Origin: Candidatus Versatilivorator vitaminiformans
GTDB lineage: Bacteria > Acidobacteriota > Terriglobia > Versatilivoradales > Versatilivoraceae
DNA length: 38,905 nucleotides
NCBI GenBank assembly: GCA_027493295.1
Contig: JAPVWS010000481.1
Span: 1 to 38,905 of the forward strand
Direction: 5' to 3'
In this document: one piece after another, positions 9,073-18,054 of the stretch
Numbering within the stretch: position 1 is the first letter of the stretch
How the letters are laid out: each line of letters starts with the position of its first letter
Notes under the pieces: generated by a model
Databases searched by the model: none
Seen by the model: only the letters and a program-made list of their open reading frames with translations
Told to the model about the DNA's origin: nothing
Program-made: the position numbers and the translations under genes

Positions 9073-9161
9073 AGTGCACTCTCCTTTGGCCCGGATTACC
9101 CGCAAGACCGAACCAGCACGAGCGGGCAGCCGGCACGGCCTTTTTTTTGCGAATTATACAC

Positions 9162-9192
9162 TTGACGCCACCAAATCTCCGCTTCCTATAAT
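9162..9192 (+). promoter_or_regulatory. Candidate sigma70-type promoter for the FAH-family gene
   Basis: TTGACG (9162-9167) and a perfect TATAAT (9187-9192) lie in the divergent yciI/FAH intergenic region. The spacer is 19 nt, slightly long. Confidence 0.3.
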
Positions 9193-9274
9193 TCCGCCAG
9201 ACCAAACCGGGACAGGCCAGTGGCGTGAACAGGATGCGTGGCTGCAAATTCAGACAAAAGCAACCCCGGCGCTC

Positions 9275-10261
9275 ATGAAACTCGTCAGCTACCTCCTGTC
9301 GGAAGAGACCCGGCTCGGCGCGCTCGGCAAATCGGGCGATCTGATCATTGATCTGAGCCGCGCCCATCGGGAACTGATGGGGGGCAGCCGAGGCCCGGTC
9401 AGGGGGCGCCACAGCTCGCGGCTTCTGCCGACGCGGATGATCGAGTTCCTCGAAGGCGGCGCGGAAGCATTGCGGACAGCGAGGGAAGCGCTCGCATACG
9501 TCGAGGAACAACTGCCTGGCGCGAAGGAGGAGTATCTACGGCGGCGCATGCTGCTACCGCTCGCACCCACGCAGCTTCTGGCGCCGGTTCCCCGCCCTCC
9601 CAAGCTGATTGCGGCGTGGGTCAACTACGAAGAACACGGCAAGGAGGCCACCGTAAAGGCGCCGCGGAACGCGCCGCTGTTCTTCACCAAGTGGTCGACC
9701 GCAGTCATCGGCCCCGGCCAGCCCATTGTCCTGCCGCGCATCAGTCGGAAGGTGGACTACGAGGCAGAACTGGCGCTGGTGATCGGCGTCCGAGGAAAGA
9801 ACATTCCGGCGGAAAATGCCTACGATCACATCGCCGGCTATACGATTCTGAACGACGTGAGCGCACGGGATTATTCGCTGCGCGTTCTGTTTGGGAATCC
9901 GGGGCCCTACGACATCCAGAAATCGTTCGACTCCTTCTCGCCAATGGGGCCGTGCCTGGTGACGCCCGATGAAATCCCCGACCCCCACGCGCTGGGCATT
10001 CGGCTCCGTATCGGGGACGAGGTCTTGCAGAACGACACCACCGGGTCGATGATCCACCGCATTCCGGCGATCATCGCCTATCTGTCCTCCATCGCCACCC
10101 TCGAACCGGGCGACGTGATCGCCACCGGCACTCCCTCGGGCGTAGGTTTCACACGCACGCCGCCGCGCTGGCTGCAACCGGGGGAAACCGTCCGCATCGA
10201 GATCGATGCCATTGGAGTGTTGGAGAACCCCGTGGTTGCGGAATCCGGGACACAATCGTAA
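9275..10261 (+). CDS. Fumarylacetoacetate hydrolase (FAH) family protein
   Basis: The C-terminal FAH fold signature is clear (FTKWSTAVIGPGQPIVLP...VDYEAELALVIG...ILNDVSARD...GTPSGVG). The start is set at MKLVSY (ATG 9275), because the upstream part of the track ORF overlaps yciI and the promoter region. Confidence 0.85.
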   Translation: MKLVSYLLSEETRLGALGKSGDLIIDLSRAHRELMGGSRGPVRGRHSSRLLPTRMIEFLEGGAEALRTAREALAYVEEQLPGAKEEYLRRRMLLPLAPTQLLAPVPRPPKLIAAWVNYEEHGKEATVKAPRNAPLFFTKWSTAVIGPGQPIVLPRISRKVDYEAELALVIGVRGKNIPAENAYDHIAGYTILNDVSARDYSLRVLFGNPGPYDIQKSFDSFSPMGPCLVTPDEIPDPHALGIRLRIGDEVLQNDTTGSMIHRIPAIIAYLSSIATLEPGDVIATGTPSGVGFTRTPPRWLQPGETVRIEIDAIGVLENPVVAESGTQS

Positions 10262-10494
10262 ACGACCGCCCTCAAACCTGGTGTCCCATCTCTTCGCGGT
10301 CTGGCCCGGATCAAGGGCCGAGGTTACCTGCCATTGGCGATTAGCTCCTCCCCCATGGCCTGTCGGGAGTATGACCAAGTCCGGTCGAACCGGTTTTCCA
10401 GATCAATGAACATCGATGTGAATCAAAAATCTGCCCATGCTCGGCTTTGAATCGGTTTCCAGCCACTAGGCGCCGGCATTTGTTTCAGATGAGT

Positions 10495-10540
10495 GCCGCC
10501 CCCGCCCTGCCGGGCAGATCATACATAGTAAAACAAGGAC
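10495..10540 (+). repeat. Family-2 short repeat, copy c
   Basis: GCCGCCCCCGCCCTGCCGGGCAGATCATACATAGTAAAACAAGGAC. It lies 40 nt upstream of family-3 element A. Confidence 0.55.
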
Positions 10541-10579
10541 CTGTTACGAACCTCGGAGACTGGGGCCCCATCGGGACGC

Positions 10580-10769
10580 CGCGATTGCCCCCCACCGGTT
10601 CGACTGCGGGCGGAGCCCTTGTCTCACCGACTCCCCCTCAAGGGGGGAGTGATTGAGGCCAGCACAAGGCTTCCAGTAGAACTCCATCACTCCCCCCTTG
10701 AGGGGGAGTCGCAGAAGCCGAGCCGCAAGCGAAGGCTGATGCGGAGGGGGGCATACGCGACGCCGCAAA
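10580..10769 (+). repeat. Family-3 MITE/REP-like element, copy A, with nested palindromes
   Basis: About 182 bp matches the reverse complement of 18890-19072 with few mismatches. The core arms GACTCCCCCTCAAGGGGGGAGTGAT (10629-10653) and ATCACTCCCCCCTTGAGGGGGAGTC (10686-10710) are mutual inverted repeats, and each arm is itself a hairpin. Terminal CGCGATTGCCCCCC / GGGGGGCATACGCG inverted ends are present. Confidence 0.8.
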
Positions 10770-10992
10770 CCCGCGGCTTCCTGAGTTACGGCGTTTGTTT
10801 CAAGTAAGCAGCTCGCTTTTTCCACTCGGCTCCTGTTGAGGTACGAGACCAACCGGGGTAGAATAGCTGGCCGATCGACTTTCCTCCCTCGATTCTTCTT
10901 CCCGCCGTCAAGTCTCCCATTGGATCCGGAGCGACCGCGCTCGTGCGCGTCGCCCGGTCCCGCTCCGAATCCGGTGGAACCCGACCTCAACC

Positions 10993-11694
10993 ATGGCTTC
11001 CAAGGGACGCGTTTCCGAAAAATGGGTCAGCGGCTGGCCGAAGTCGGAGCAGCCCCGGCAACGTCTCCTGACCCGTGGCGCCGATGCCCTCAGCGACGCG
11101 GAACTGCTGGCCATCTTCCTGCGGGTCGGGATCAAGGGGACCAGCGTGCTCGACCTTTCCCGCCAACTTCTCCAAGGCTTCGGCGGGTTTCGCGGCCTGC
11201 TGAAGGCCAGCCAGCAGGAGCTGGGCGGCATCAAGGGCCTGGGCGAGGCCAAGGTGGCCACCCTGAAAGCGCTGGCGGCCGTGACCGTGCGCTACATGGC
11301 CGAGGAAATGCAGCGGGGGCCCTTCATCGGGCACTCCCGGGATGTCCAGCGGCTGCTTTGCGGGCGCTTCCGGGATCGCGACCGGGAGACCTTCGCCGTG
11401 GTCTTTCTGGATACCAGGCACCACGTCCTGGCCGTGGAAGAGATGTTCCAGGGAACCCTCAACAGCGCCACCGTGTTTCCGAGGGAAATCGTCAGGAGGG
11501 CCCTGCAGTTGAATGCCGCCGCCATGGTGGCCGTCCACAACCATCCCTCGGGCAACCCCTCGCCCAGCCCGGACGACCGCCAGGTAACCCGAGAGCTGCA
11601 GCGGGCCTGCGGCCTGATGGACATCTCGTTGCTCGATCACATCGTCATCGGCGGCAACGACTGCTTCAGCTTTGCCGAGCACCGCCTGCTGTGA
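10993..11694 (+). CDS. radC: RadC-family JAB/MPN-domain protein
   Basis: N-terminal PRQRLLTRGADALSDAELLAIFLRVG and HhH-like GIKGLGEAK, with a C-terminal JAMM motif HNHPSGNPSPSPDD. Confidence 0.9.
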   Translation: MASKGRVSEKWVSGWPKSEQPRQRLLTRGADALSDAELLAIFLRVGIKGTSVLDLSRQLLQGFGGFRGLLKASQQELGGIKGLGEAKVATLKALAAVTVRYMAEEMQRGPFIGHSRDVQRLLCGRFRDRDRETFAVVFLDTRHHVLAVEEMFQGTLNSATVFPREIVRRALQLNAAAMVAVHNHPSGNPSPSPDDRQVTRELQRACGLMDISLLDHIVIGGNDCFSFAEHRLL

Positions 11695-11773
11695 GGGGGT
11701 GGGGAGCCACCTCTTTCTCCCGCCTCCGGACCAAGCTATAATCCAGGGGATTTCGGGACCGGACCGCAAAAAC

Positions 11774-13213
11774 ATGAAACCATTTCAACCCCACCGCAAG
11801 CCGGCTATTCCCAAGCGCTTTCCGCCACTGATCCTATGGGCCTTGCCGCTGGGAGCCTTCCTCCTCTGGTGCCTGATCTCTCTCTGGCTGGGCCGCTGGG
11901 AGGGACAGCCGCCCGAGGTGAGCCTGGACCGCGACTTTACCGCCCTGGGAAAGAACCCCTCTCTGGTGCTCGAAGTCGAGGACGCCCAGTCCGGATTGAA
12001 GCAGCTCTCGGCAGTGCTGGAGGTGGAGGACCAGTCCTTTACGCTGGTCGACCGGAGCTACCCGGGGCCGCGGCTGCTCTTCTTCCAGCGGAGCGGCGCT
12101 CAATCCTCGGCTCGCTTCGACCTGGGCGAGATGATCGCCGCCAGTTACGAGATTCGGGAAGGGCCCGCCCGGCTGTCGGTTACCGCCCGAGACCACTCCT
12201 ACCGCCGGTTCTTCGGAGGGAACCGGGCTCGGGTGCAACGGGATTTCACCTTCGACATCCTTCCCCCCACCGTCCAGCCGCTGTCCGGGCAGCATTACAT
12301 CACTCAAGGGGGCTCGGCCTGCATTCTCTACCGGGTGGGAGAAGACACCGAGGTTTCAGGGATCCGGGTGGGTCCCGACTTCTTTCCCGGATACGCGGCC
12401 GACCCCGACGGAGACAAGCAGGTTCGATTCTGTATTTTCGGATATCGCTACGACCTGGGACCCGATCCGGAAATGAAGCTGGTGGCCGTGGACGCGGCCG
12501 GGAATCGGTCGGAGGCCCGCTTCCAGTACAAGCTCTTTCCCAAGAGGTTTCGGCAGCGCACCATACGGCTCAGCCCGGCCTTCCTGCAACAGGTGGTTCC
12601 GGCGATCCTCAATCAGAACCCGGAGCTCTCCAGCCAGGGCGACCTGGTGAAGGATTTCCTCCAGATCAACGACGGTCTCCGGCAGGCCAACCACGAGACC
12701 ATCAAGCAGCTGTCGAGCCAGTCCGGCCCGCGGTTTCTCTGGACCGAGGCCTTTGCCCAGCTCAGCCGGTCCAAGGTGGAGTCCCTGTTCGCCGATCATC
12801 GCACCTACCTCTACGAGGGCCGGGAAATCGACCGCCAGGACCATGTCGGCTTCGACCTGTCGGTGGTCAAGCACTACCCCATCGAAGCCTCCAACGACGG
12901 GGTGGTGCGCTACGCGGAGCTGCTGGGAATCTATGGGAACACCATCCTGTTGGACCACGGCTGCGGGCTGTTCTCCCTCTATGGACACCTCAGCTCCATC
13001 GCCGTACAGGCCGGCGACCGGGTCAGCAAGGGCCAGGTTCTGGGCCGCAGCGGCGCCACCGGACTGGCGGCCGGCGACCATCTCCATTTCGGTCTCTTCC
13101 TGCACGGAATCCCCGTAAACCCCACCGAGTGGTGGGACCCCAAATGGGTTCGGGAGCGGGTTCTGGACAGAATCGGGGAGCACCAGGGCGGAAGCGTGGC
13201 TGCCGGGTCCTGA
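11774..13213 (+). CDS. M23 (LytM-type) metallopeptidase with N-terminal membrane anchor
   Basis: Start set at MKPFQP (ATG 11774), followed by a TM helix (LILWALPLGAFLLWCLISLWL). The C-terminal M23 signature is HVGFDL...LLDHGCGLFSLYGHLS...GATGLAAGDHLHFGLFLHG. Confidence 0.85.
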   Translation: MKPFQPHRKPAIPKRFPPLILWALPLGAFLLWCLISLWLGRWEGQPPEVSLDRDFTALGKNPSLVLEVEDAQSGLKQLSAVLEVEDQSFTLVDRSYPGPRLLFFQRSGAQSSARFDLGEMIAASYEIREGPARLSVTARDHSYRRFFGGNRARVQRDFTFDILPPTVQPLSGQHYITQGGSACILYRVGEDTEVSGIRVGPDFFPGYAADPDGDKQVRFCIFGYRYDLGPDPEMKLVAVDAAGNRSEARFQYKLFPKRFRQRTIRLSPAFLQQVVPAILNQNPELSSQGDLVKDFLQINDGLRQANHETIKQLSSQSGPRFLWTEAFAQLSRSKVESLFADHRTYLYEGREIDRQDHVGFDLSVVKHYPIEASNDGVVRYAELLGIYGNTILLDHGCGLFSLYGHLSSIAVQAGDRVSKGQVLGRSGATGLAAGDHLHFGLFLHGIPVNPTEWWDPKWVRERVLDRIGEHQGGSVAAGS

Positions 13214-13319
13214 AGGGGCCATGCCCGAAACAACCGATTTTTCTCCACATAGGCCACATGGAGAAGTCCATGAAGGCGAACGACGAACCACGAATGGACA
13301 CGAATGAACACCAATAAGC

Positions 13320-13469
13320 GGATTGACGACTGGAGCCTTTTGCAAATTCGTCAGCGAGACGTTTTCCGGGAATGGCCACAAAAGGCACAAAAACATAATT
13401 TGTGACTGTTGTGCTTTTTGTGGTTAGACAGCCTTTTTCACCAGGTCGCACCCGATATTGAAAAGGCAG
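13320..13469 (+). repeat. Family-1 hairpin repeat, copy 2
   Basis: Aligns to 5064-5226. The hairpin arms are at 13376-13389 and 13410-13423. It sits between the M23 stop and the next gene start and is preceded by a CACGAATGGACACGAATGAACAC-type low-complexity motif. Confidence 0.75.
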
Positions 13470-13509
13470 TACCCCAGCGCTTCCCTATCCGATCGGAAAG
13501 GAACCAACC

Positions 13510-14439
13510 ATGAAGGCGACTCGCGATTTTCTGAAAAAGCTCGGTCTCCCCTCGAGCGACGGCTACTCCCTCCCAAGCACGTCCAAGCGTTTTCCCGATG
13601 GGGCTCAGTATCGCTTTGAAATACCCAGCGTCGAGGGCCCTCGCTGCCTGCAGGCGGTCATCGAGGAAGCCGAGCGCTACCGGCTCACCATCCATCGGGT
13701 CAGCCAGGGCAGCGGGATCATGCTGATGACCGACGACGAGATCAAGGACATGCTGAAGATGGCCCGGGACCGGCAGATGGAGGTGAGCCTGTTCGTGGGA
13801 CCGCGAGCCACCTTCGATATCGGAGCTCAGCCCCTGACGGCCGCGGGCAAGAACATCGGGTTGGGCTTGAGGGGGATGGACCAGGTGGTCTATGCCGTGG
13901 AGGACATCAAGCGGGGTTGCGAACTGGGACTGCGGGGCATCCTGGTCGCCGACCTGGGGCTGCTGTGGCTGGTGAATCAACTGAAACAGTCGGGAGAGTT
14001 GCCCGCCAACCTGGTGGTCAAGATCTCGGTCCAGCTCAGCGCCACCAATCCGATTTCCGTCAGGATCCTGGAAGATTTCGGAGGCAACACCTTCAACGTG
14101 TCCTCCGACCTGCCCCTGCCGCTGTTGGCCTCCATCCGGGAAGCGGTCTCCCTGCCGCTGGACCTCTACGTGGAGACTCCCGACAACTTCGGGGGGTTCG
14201 TCCGCCACTTCGAGATTCCCGAATTCATCCGGCTGCTCTCCCCCGTCTATGTCAAGCTGGGGCTGCGCAACGCCCCCGACATCTACCCCAGCGGCACCCA
14301 CATAGATCCCACCGCCATCGCCCTTACCCGGGAACGCGTCCGCCGGGCCCGCATCGCGGCCGACCTGATCGAGCGCTACTACCCGGAGGCGGCCATGTCC
14401 CAGCCGGGCGCGGCCGACCTGGCCATTCCGGAGATATGA
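13510..14439 (+). CDS. Conserved hypothetical protein (309 aa), alternating beta/alpha pattern suggestive of a TIM-barrel fold
   Basis: Clean ORF with AAGGAA SD-like sequence upstream. I recognise no catalytic motif. The fold guess comes only from the alternating hydrophobic strand/helix periodicity. Confidence 0.55.
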   Translation: MKATRDFLKKLGLPSSDGYSLPSTSKRFPDGAQYRFEIPSVEGPRCLQAVIEEAERYRLTIHRVSQGSGIMLMTDDEIKDMLKMARDRQMEVSLFVGPRATFDIGAQPLTAAGKNIGLGLRGMDQVVYAVEDIKRGCELGLRGILVADLGLLWLVNQLKQSGELPANLVVKISVQLSATNPISVRILEDFGGNTFNVSSDLPLPLLASIREAVSLPLDLYVETPDNFGGFVRHFEIPEFIRLLSPVYVKLGLRNAPDIYPSGTHIDPTAIALTRERVRRARIAADLIERYYPEAAMSQPGAADLAIPEI

Positions 14440-14517
14440 TGGCGCCATGGGTCTTCGGGTCACGGCTTCCACTCTTGCATACCGCTTGATCCGCGCGTTC
14501 CAACCCTGAGGTGCAAC

Positions 14518-15489
14518 TTGCGTTACACGAGAAACTCTACACCCGTTGAGAATCGTTGGAGTCGGTACGCGGTTTCGGCCGCAATACTGGTCCCCTGCCT
14601 GCTGGCCGCCACCGCAGCCGGCGCCCAGGACAACCACCGCGGCGCCTATGTCGGCCTCAACCTGGGTCTGACCAGCTCGGCTCGGCTGGACTCGTCCCTC
14701 TCGGCGGTGACCAACCCGACCAAGTGTGACAGGCTGCTCTATGACGATCCGGCTCTGGTGCCGAGCAGCGCCCCGGAATGCACGGATACGACGCTGCGTC
14801 AACTCTCCTCGAACGGCTTCTCGCCCGGCCTGGGATTCACGGGCGGCCTCAGCGCCGGTTATGCCTTCGGCCGGCCGCGCATCGAGTTCGAGTACCGGGC
14901 CCGGACCCAGGGCGGCGACGTGTCCCCGCTCATCGAATCCACCACCAACCAGGCCGTGGTCAGCAAAGCCCTCGAATGGAGCCCGGTGTCCCCCCCAACC
15001 GAGTCGATCTCCAACTACCGCGTCCACCAGGTCTTCGCCAACCTGTACTTCGACTTCCCCAATGACTCGCGCTGGACACCCTTCCTGGGCGCCGGCGCCG
15101 GCATGGCACGCACCGACCTGCGCTACACCCGGCGCCTGGTCCGCAAGACGCTTGACCAGGGGTATCAGGACGTGGACCCCCCACTCACCCTCGCCGACCG
15201 GCCGGCAGCGGCCGCCGGCACGGTCAGCCTGCTGCAACCGGATCTCAGCGCCACGCTCCCCGGCTTTCAGGTCCTGGGTGGCCTGGACTACGCGTTGGGC
15301 CAACGCACTTCCATCGGGCTCAACGCCCACTGGTCCCGCTTCGGGGAGCTGGCTCAGGATGTGGTGTGGTCCATCATCCGCAGCCACGAGCCGGTGCGGG
15401 CGGACGGAACCACGCCGTTCTCGGGAACGGTCAGGGTGCACAGCTTCCAGTATTGGGGGGTGACGCTGGGACTGAAGTACCGCTTCTGA
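14518..15489 (+). CDS. Outer-membrane beta-barrel protein (OmpA/OmpW-like porin family)
   Basis: Signal peptide AVSAAILVPCLLAATAAGAQD, alternating aromatic/glycine beta-strand pattern, and a C-terminal GLKYRF ending in Phe. The start codon (TTG at 14518) is uncertain. Confidence 0.7.
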   Translation: MRYTRNSTPVENRWSRYAVSAAILVPCLLAATAAGAQDNHRGAYVGLNLGLTSSARLDSSLSAVTNPTKCDRLLYDDPALVPSSAPECTDTTLRQLSSNGFSPGLGFTGGLSAGYAFGRPRIEFEYRARTQGGDVSPLIESTTNQAVVSKALEWSPVSPPTESISNYRVHQVFANLYFDFPNDSRWTPFLGAGAGMARTDLRYTRRLVRKTLDQGYQDVDPPLTLADRPAAAAGTVSLLQPDLSATLPGFQVLGGLDYALGQRTSIGLNAHWSRFGELAQDVVWSIIRSHEPVRADGTTPFSGTVRVHSFQYWGVTLGLKYRF

Positions 15490-15573
15490 GCGGCAGGGTG
15501 AATGGCTGGCGCGGGCCGAGCCGGCTTCTTGCCGGGACCCGCCTCCAGCAACCGCGCTTCCGTCCAACCGGCT

Positions 15574-16536
15574 TCAATCCAGGTAGTAGCCCGCGCCGAT
15601 GAGCACCGGAACTCCGAAGGAGGTAACCCTCTTGAGGAAGGTCACCTTGCGCTGCCACTGGCCGGTGGCAGGATTCCGGGTGGAGTAGTAGAGGAATGAC
15701 TCACCGAAAGCATCGGCAACTCCCAGAACATTCCGCCCGCCGAAGCTGTCGACATAATTGGAAGACAACTCGGACCCGATCCAGGAATCCCCCGGGGAGC
15801 CGCTGAAGAAGGTGTAGCCGTAAGTATCCAGGCCGAACAGGTAGATGGAGCCGCTGCGCCAGCGGGGATCGTTGGCCAGGCTGGTCGAGGCGAAATAACC
15901 CCTCGAATCCAGATCCATGGCGGCGCAGCGAACAAACTCCTGCAACCGCGCCTCCGACGGATCGGAGTCGAGCATGGCGGCGTTGACCTCCTCGATCCGG
16001 CAGGTGCCGGGCAGGTCACGCCGGTAAACGCCTACGCCAATGGCAGCCGAGTTACCCATCCAGTCGATGCTCTTGATGTAGGTCGCCTTGGGCTCGTCCC
16101 TGCCCGTAGCCGGATTGAGGAAGGAGTAGTAGATGAAGCCCTCGCCGAATCCGCTCGCGATGCGGTGCTGCTCCTTGTAGTAGTCGTTGCCGTAGACATC
16201 GATCAACAGCCCAAGCGAGCCCCCTTCCCTTTCCCGGGCCGGCGGAAAGACGAACAATTGTGCCTGGTCGCTCAACGGTGTGACTTCGGAGACGAAGACA
16301 TAGGTCGGGCCGCTCTTCCAGCGTTCGTCCTCGTTGAAGGCCCTGCGAGCCTCCTCGAAGCCCACCTCATGGACATACTCGTAGGCGCACTGGGTCAGAG
16401 TCTTGGCGTCCTGCAAGGTCCGAACGGCGCCGGCCACGATGGAACGGTCCGCGCAGGTATCCTCGGTAGCCAGGGCCGGAGAGACGAGGAAGAAGAACAA
16501 GGGGACAAGAAAGGAACGACAATGCGGTTTTTTCAT
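15574..16536 (-). CDS. Secreted stand-alone double Cache-like (sCache_2 x2) domain protein
   Basis: Signal peptide MKKPHCRSFLVPLFFFLVSPALA. Two internal repeats share ...RW(K/R)SG..Y(V/L)F... and ...(F/L)YYS..NPATG...K.T(Y/F)(I/L)K.... There is no TM or output domain. Confidence 0.55.
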   Translation of the reverse strand: MKKPHCRSFLVPLFFFLVSPALATEDTCADRSIVAGAVRTLQDAKTLTQCAYEYVHEVGFEEARRAFNEDERWKSGPTYVFVSEVTPLSDQAQLFVFPPAREREGGSLGLLIDVYGNDYYKEQHRIASGFGEGFIYYSFLNPATGRDEPKATYIKSIDWMGNSAAIGVGVYRRDLPGTCRIEEVNAAMLDSDPSEARLQEFVRCAAMDLDSRGYFASTSLANDPRWRSGSIYLFGLDTYGYTFFSGSPGDSWIGSELSSNYVDSFGGRNVLGVADAFGESFLYYSTRNPATGQWQRKVTFLKRVTSFGVPVLIGAGYYLD

Positions 16537-16828
16537 GCCCCTAGTTTACCGCATCATGATCGTGCCGTACACCCACTAAGGTGCATCCTGTCCCACATTT
16601 CTCAGCGGCTTCCCGGAAGCCTTCAAACTCCGGCGGTTTGGTGGTAGACTGCGTAGGCATCAGGCTGTCCTGGAGGAATCAGGTCAAACCCTTTCCCAGC
16701 AGTATTTTACAGGATTTCCGGGACCGATGCCGCCTACCCGGGGGGAGACATTCGGGTGAACCCATGTCGATCCGTGCCGGCGGACCCATGACTGAAAGCC
16801 ATTGAAACCGCACGCCAATCTCTCAAGG

Positions 16829-18037
16829 ATGCCGGGTCGCATCCTTCCGCTGCTCTTGTTGGGGCTGCTTGGCCCCCAGTCTGTTGCCGGTCAACAGACT
16901 TTCCCCTGGAAACTGCCGGCGGGCGTACCGGCGCCTCGGGTGCCGGCAGACTCGCCGATGACACAGGAGCGGGTGGAGCTGGGCCGGCACCTCTTTTACG
17001 ACACGCGGCTCTCGGGCAACGGGACCCAGTCCTGCGCCACCTGCCACCGGCAGGAGCTGGCCTTTACGGACGGACGGGCATCAGCGGTCGGTTCCACCGG
17101 AGAAACCCATCCCCGGAGCGCCATGTCGCTCATCAATGCGGCCTACCGCGACGCCCTGACCTGGGCCAACCCGTCGCTGACGACCTTCGAAGAGCAGATT
17201 CTCGTGCCCCTGCTGGGAGCAGAGCCTGTGGAGCTGGGCCTGGCCGGACAGGAGGAGCGAGTCTACGCCGAGCTGGCACGGGACCCGGTGTATCGGCAAC
17301 TCTTCGCGTCGTCGTTTCCCGAAGAGGACTCTCCCGTCAACAGGTCCAATATCGTGATGGCGCTGGCCTCGTTTCTGCGCGCGATCGTCTCGTTCCGGTC
17401 GCCCTTTGACCGGTATCGCTTCGACGGGGAGGCCTCCGCCCTGTCGGTGGCGGCCCAACGAGGGATGAATCTGTTCTTCTCCACCCGGACCCGTTGCGCC
17501 GGCTGTCACATGGGCCACAATGTGTCCATCGATTTGGGATTGAATCTGGACGGCGGGTCCAAGACCGCCTCCAGCCCGCCGGATTCCCCGCCGGTATTCA
17601 TGTTCCACAATACCGGCCTCTACAACCTTCCGGGTCCGATCGTCTACCCCGCCGATAACACGGGCCTCCACCGGCACACGGGCGAGATTGCAGACGTCGG
17701 GAAGTTTCGAATCCCCTCCCTGCGCAACATTGCCGTCACCGCTCCCTACATGCACGACGGCAGCATTCGAACGCTCGAGGAGGTGCTCGATCACTATGTA
17801 GCCGGCGGCCGCGCCCCCAATCCTCAGCAGAGCAAATCCATCGAGCCTCTGAAACTCAGCGAGGCCGATCGGCGCAATCTGATTGCTTTCCTGGAGAGCC
17901 TGACCGATCGGCAGGCTCTGCAGGACCCTCGCTGGAGCAATCCGTGGACGGAAAGAGGCCAAGGACAAAGAGCCCGATTCCCTGCCCTACCGGGGGAGTT
18001 TGGACCTACCGATGCATTGCTGAATTGGAGTAACTAA
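16829..18037 (+). CDS. Di-haem cytochrome c peroxidase / MauG family protein
   Basis: Signal peptide, two CxxCH haem motifs (CATCHRQ, CAGCHMG), FRIPSLRNIAVTAPYMHDG and a C-terminal LTD...L.AFL.SL pattern. Start taken at ATG 16829 (the track uses TTG 16802). Confidence 0.85.
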   Translation: MPGRILPLLLLGLLGPQSVAGQQTFPWKLPAGVPAPRVPADSPMTQERVELGRHLFYDTRLSGNGTQSCATCHRQELAFTDGRASAVGSTGETHPRSAMSLINAAYRDALTWANPSLTTFEEQILVPLLGAEPVELGLAGQEERVYAELARDPVYRQLFASSFPEEDSPVNRSNIVMALASFLRAIVSFRSPFDRYRFDGEASALSVAAQRGMNLFFSTRTRCAGCHMGHNVSIDLGLNLDGGSKTASSPPDSPPVFMFHNTGLYNLPGPIVYPADNTGLHRHTGEIADVGKFRIPSLRNIAVTAPYMHDGSIRTLEEVLDHYVAGGRAPNPQQSKSIEPLKLSEADRRNLIAFLESLTDRQALQDPRWSNPWTERGQGQRARFPALPGEFGPTDALLNWSN

Positions 18038-18054
18038 CAAGTAAAGGTGACGCC

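Noticed and set aside
9131-9150. Intrinsic terminator at GCCGGCACGGCC followed by T8
   Set aside because: The stem is only about 4 bp and no plus-strand gene ends upstream of it. The T-run is more likely part of the AT-rich divergent promoter region.
8504-9511. 335-aa minus-strand ORF
   Set aside because: It overlaps the YciI gene, the divergent promoter region and the 5' end of the FAH gene in other frames. It has no SD and no motif, and its composition is Arg/Pro-rich.
10836-13317. Alternative-frame ORFs of 301, 262 and 493 aa overlapping radC and the M23 peptidase
   Set aside because: The radC and M23 frames carry unambiguous family motifs. The alternative frames are Pro/Arg/Gly-rich with none.
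5064-13469. CRISPR array, suggested by the recurring hairpin repeats
   Set aside because: The repeats are isolated single copies kilobases apart. There is no regular repeat-spacer periodicity and no cas genes in the window.
13438-15567. 709-aa minus-strand ORF spanning two plus-strand genes
   Set aside because: It lies antisense to the well-supported 309-aa gene and the OMP gene. Its composition is Gly/Arg/Ala/Pro-rich and typical of off-frame reading in high-GC DNA, and it has no recognisable motif.
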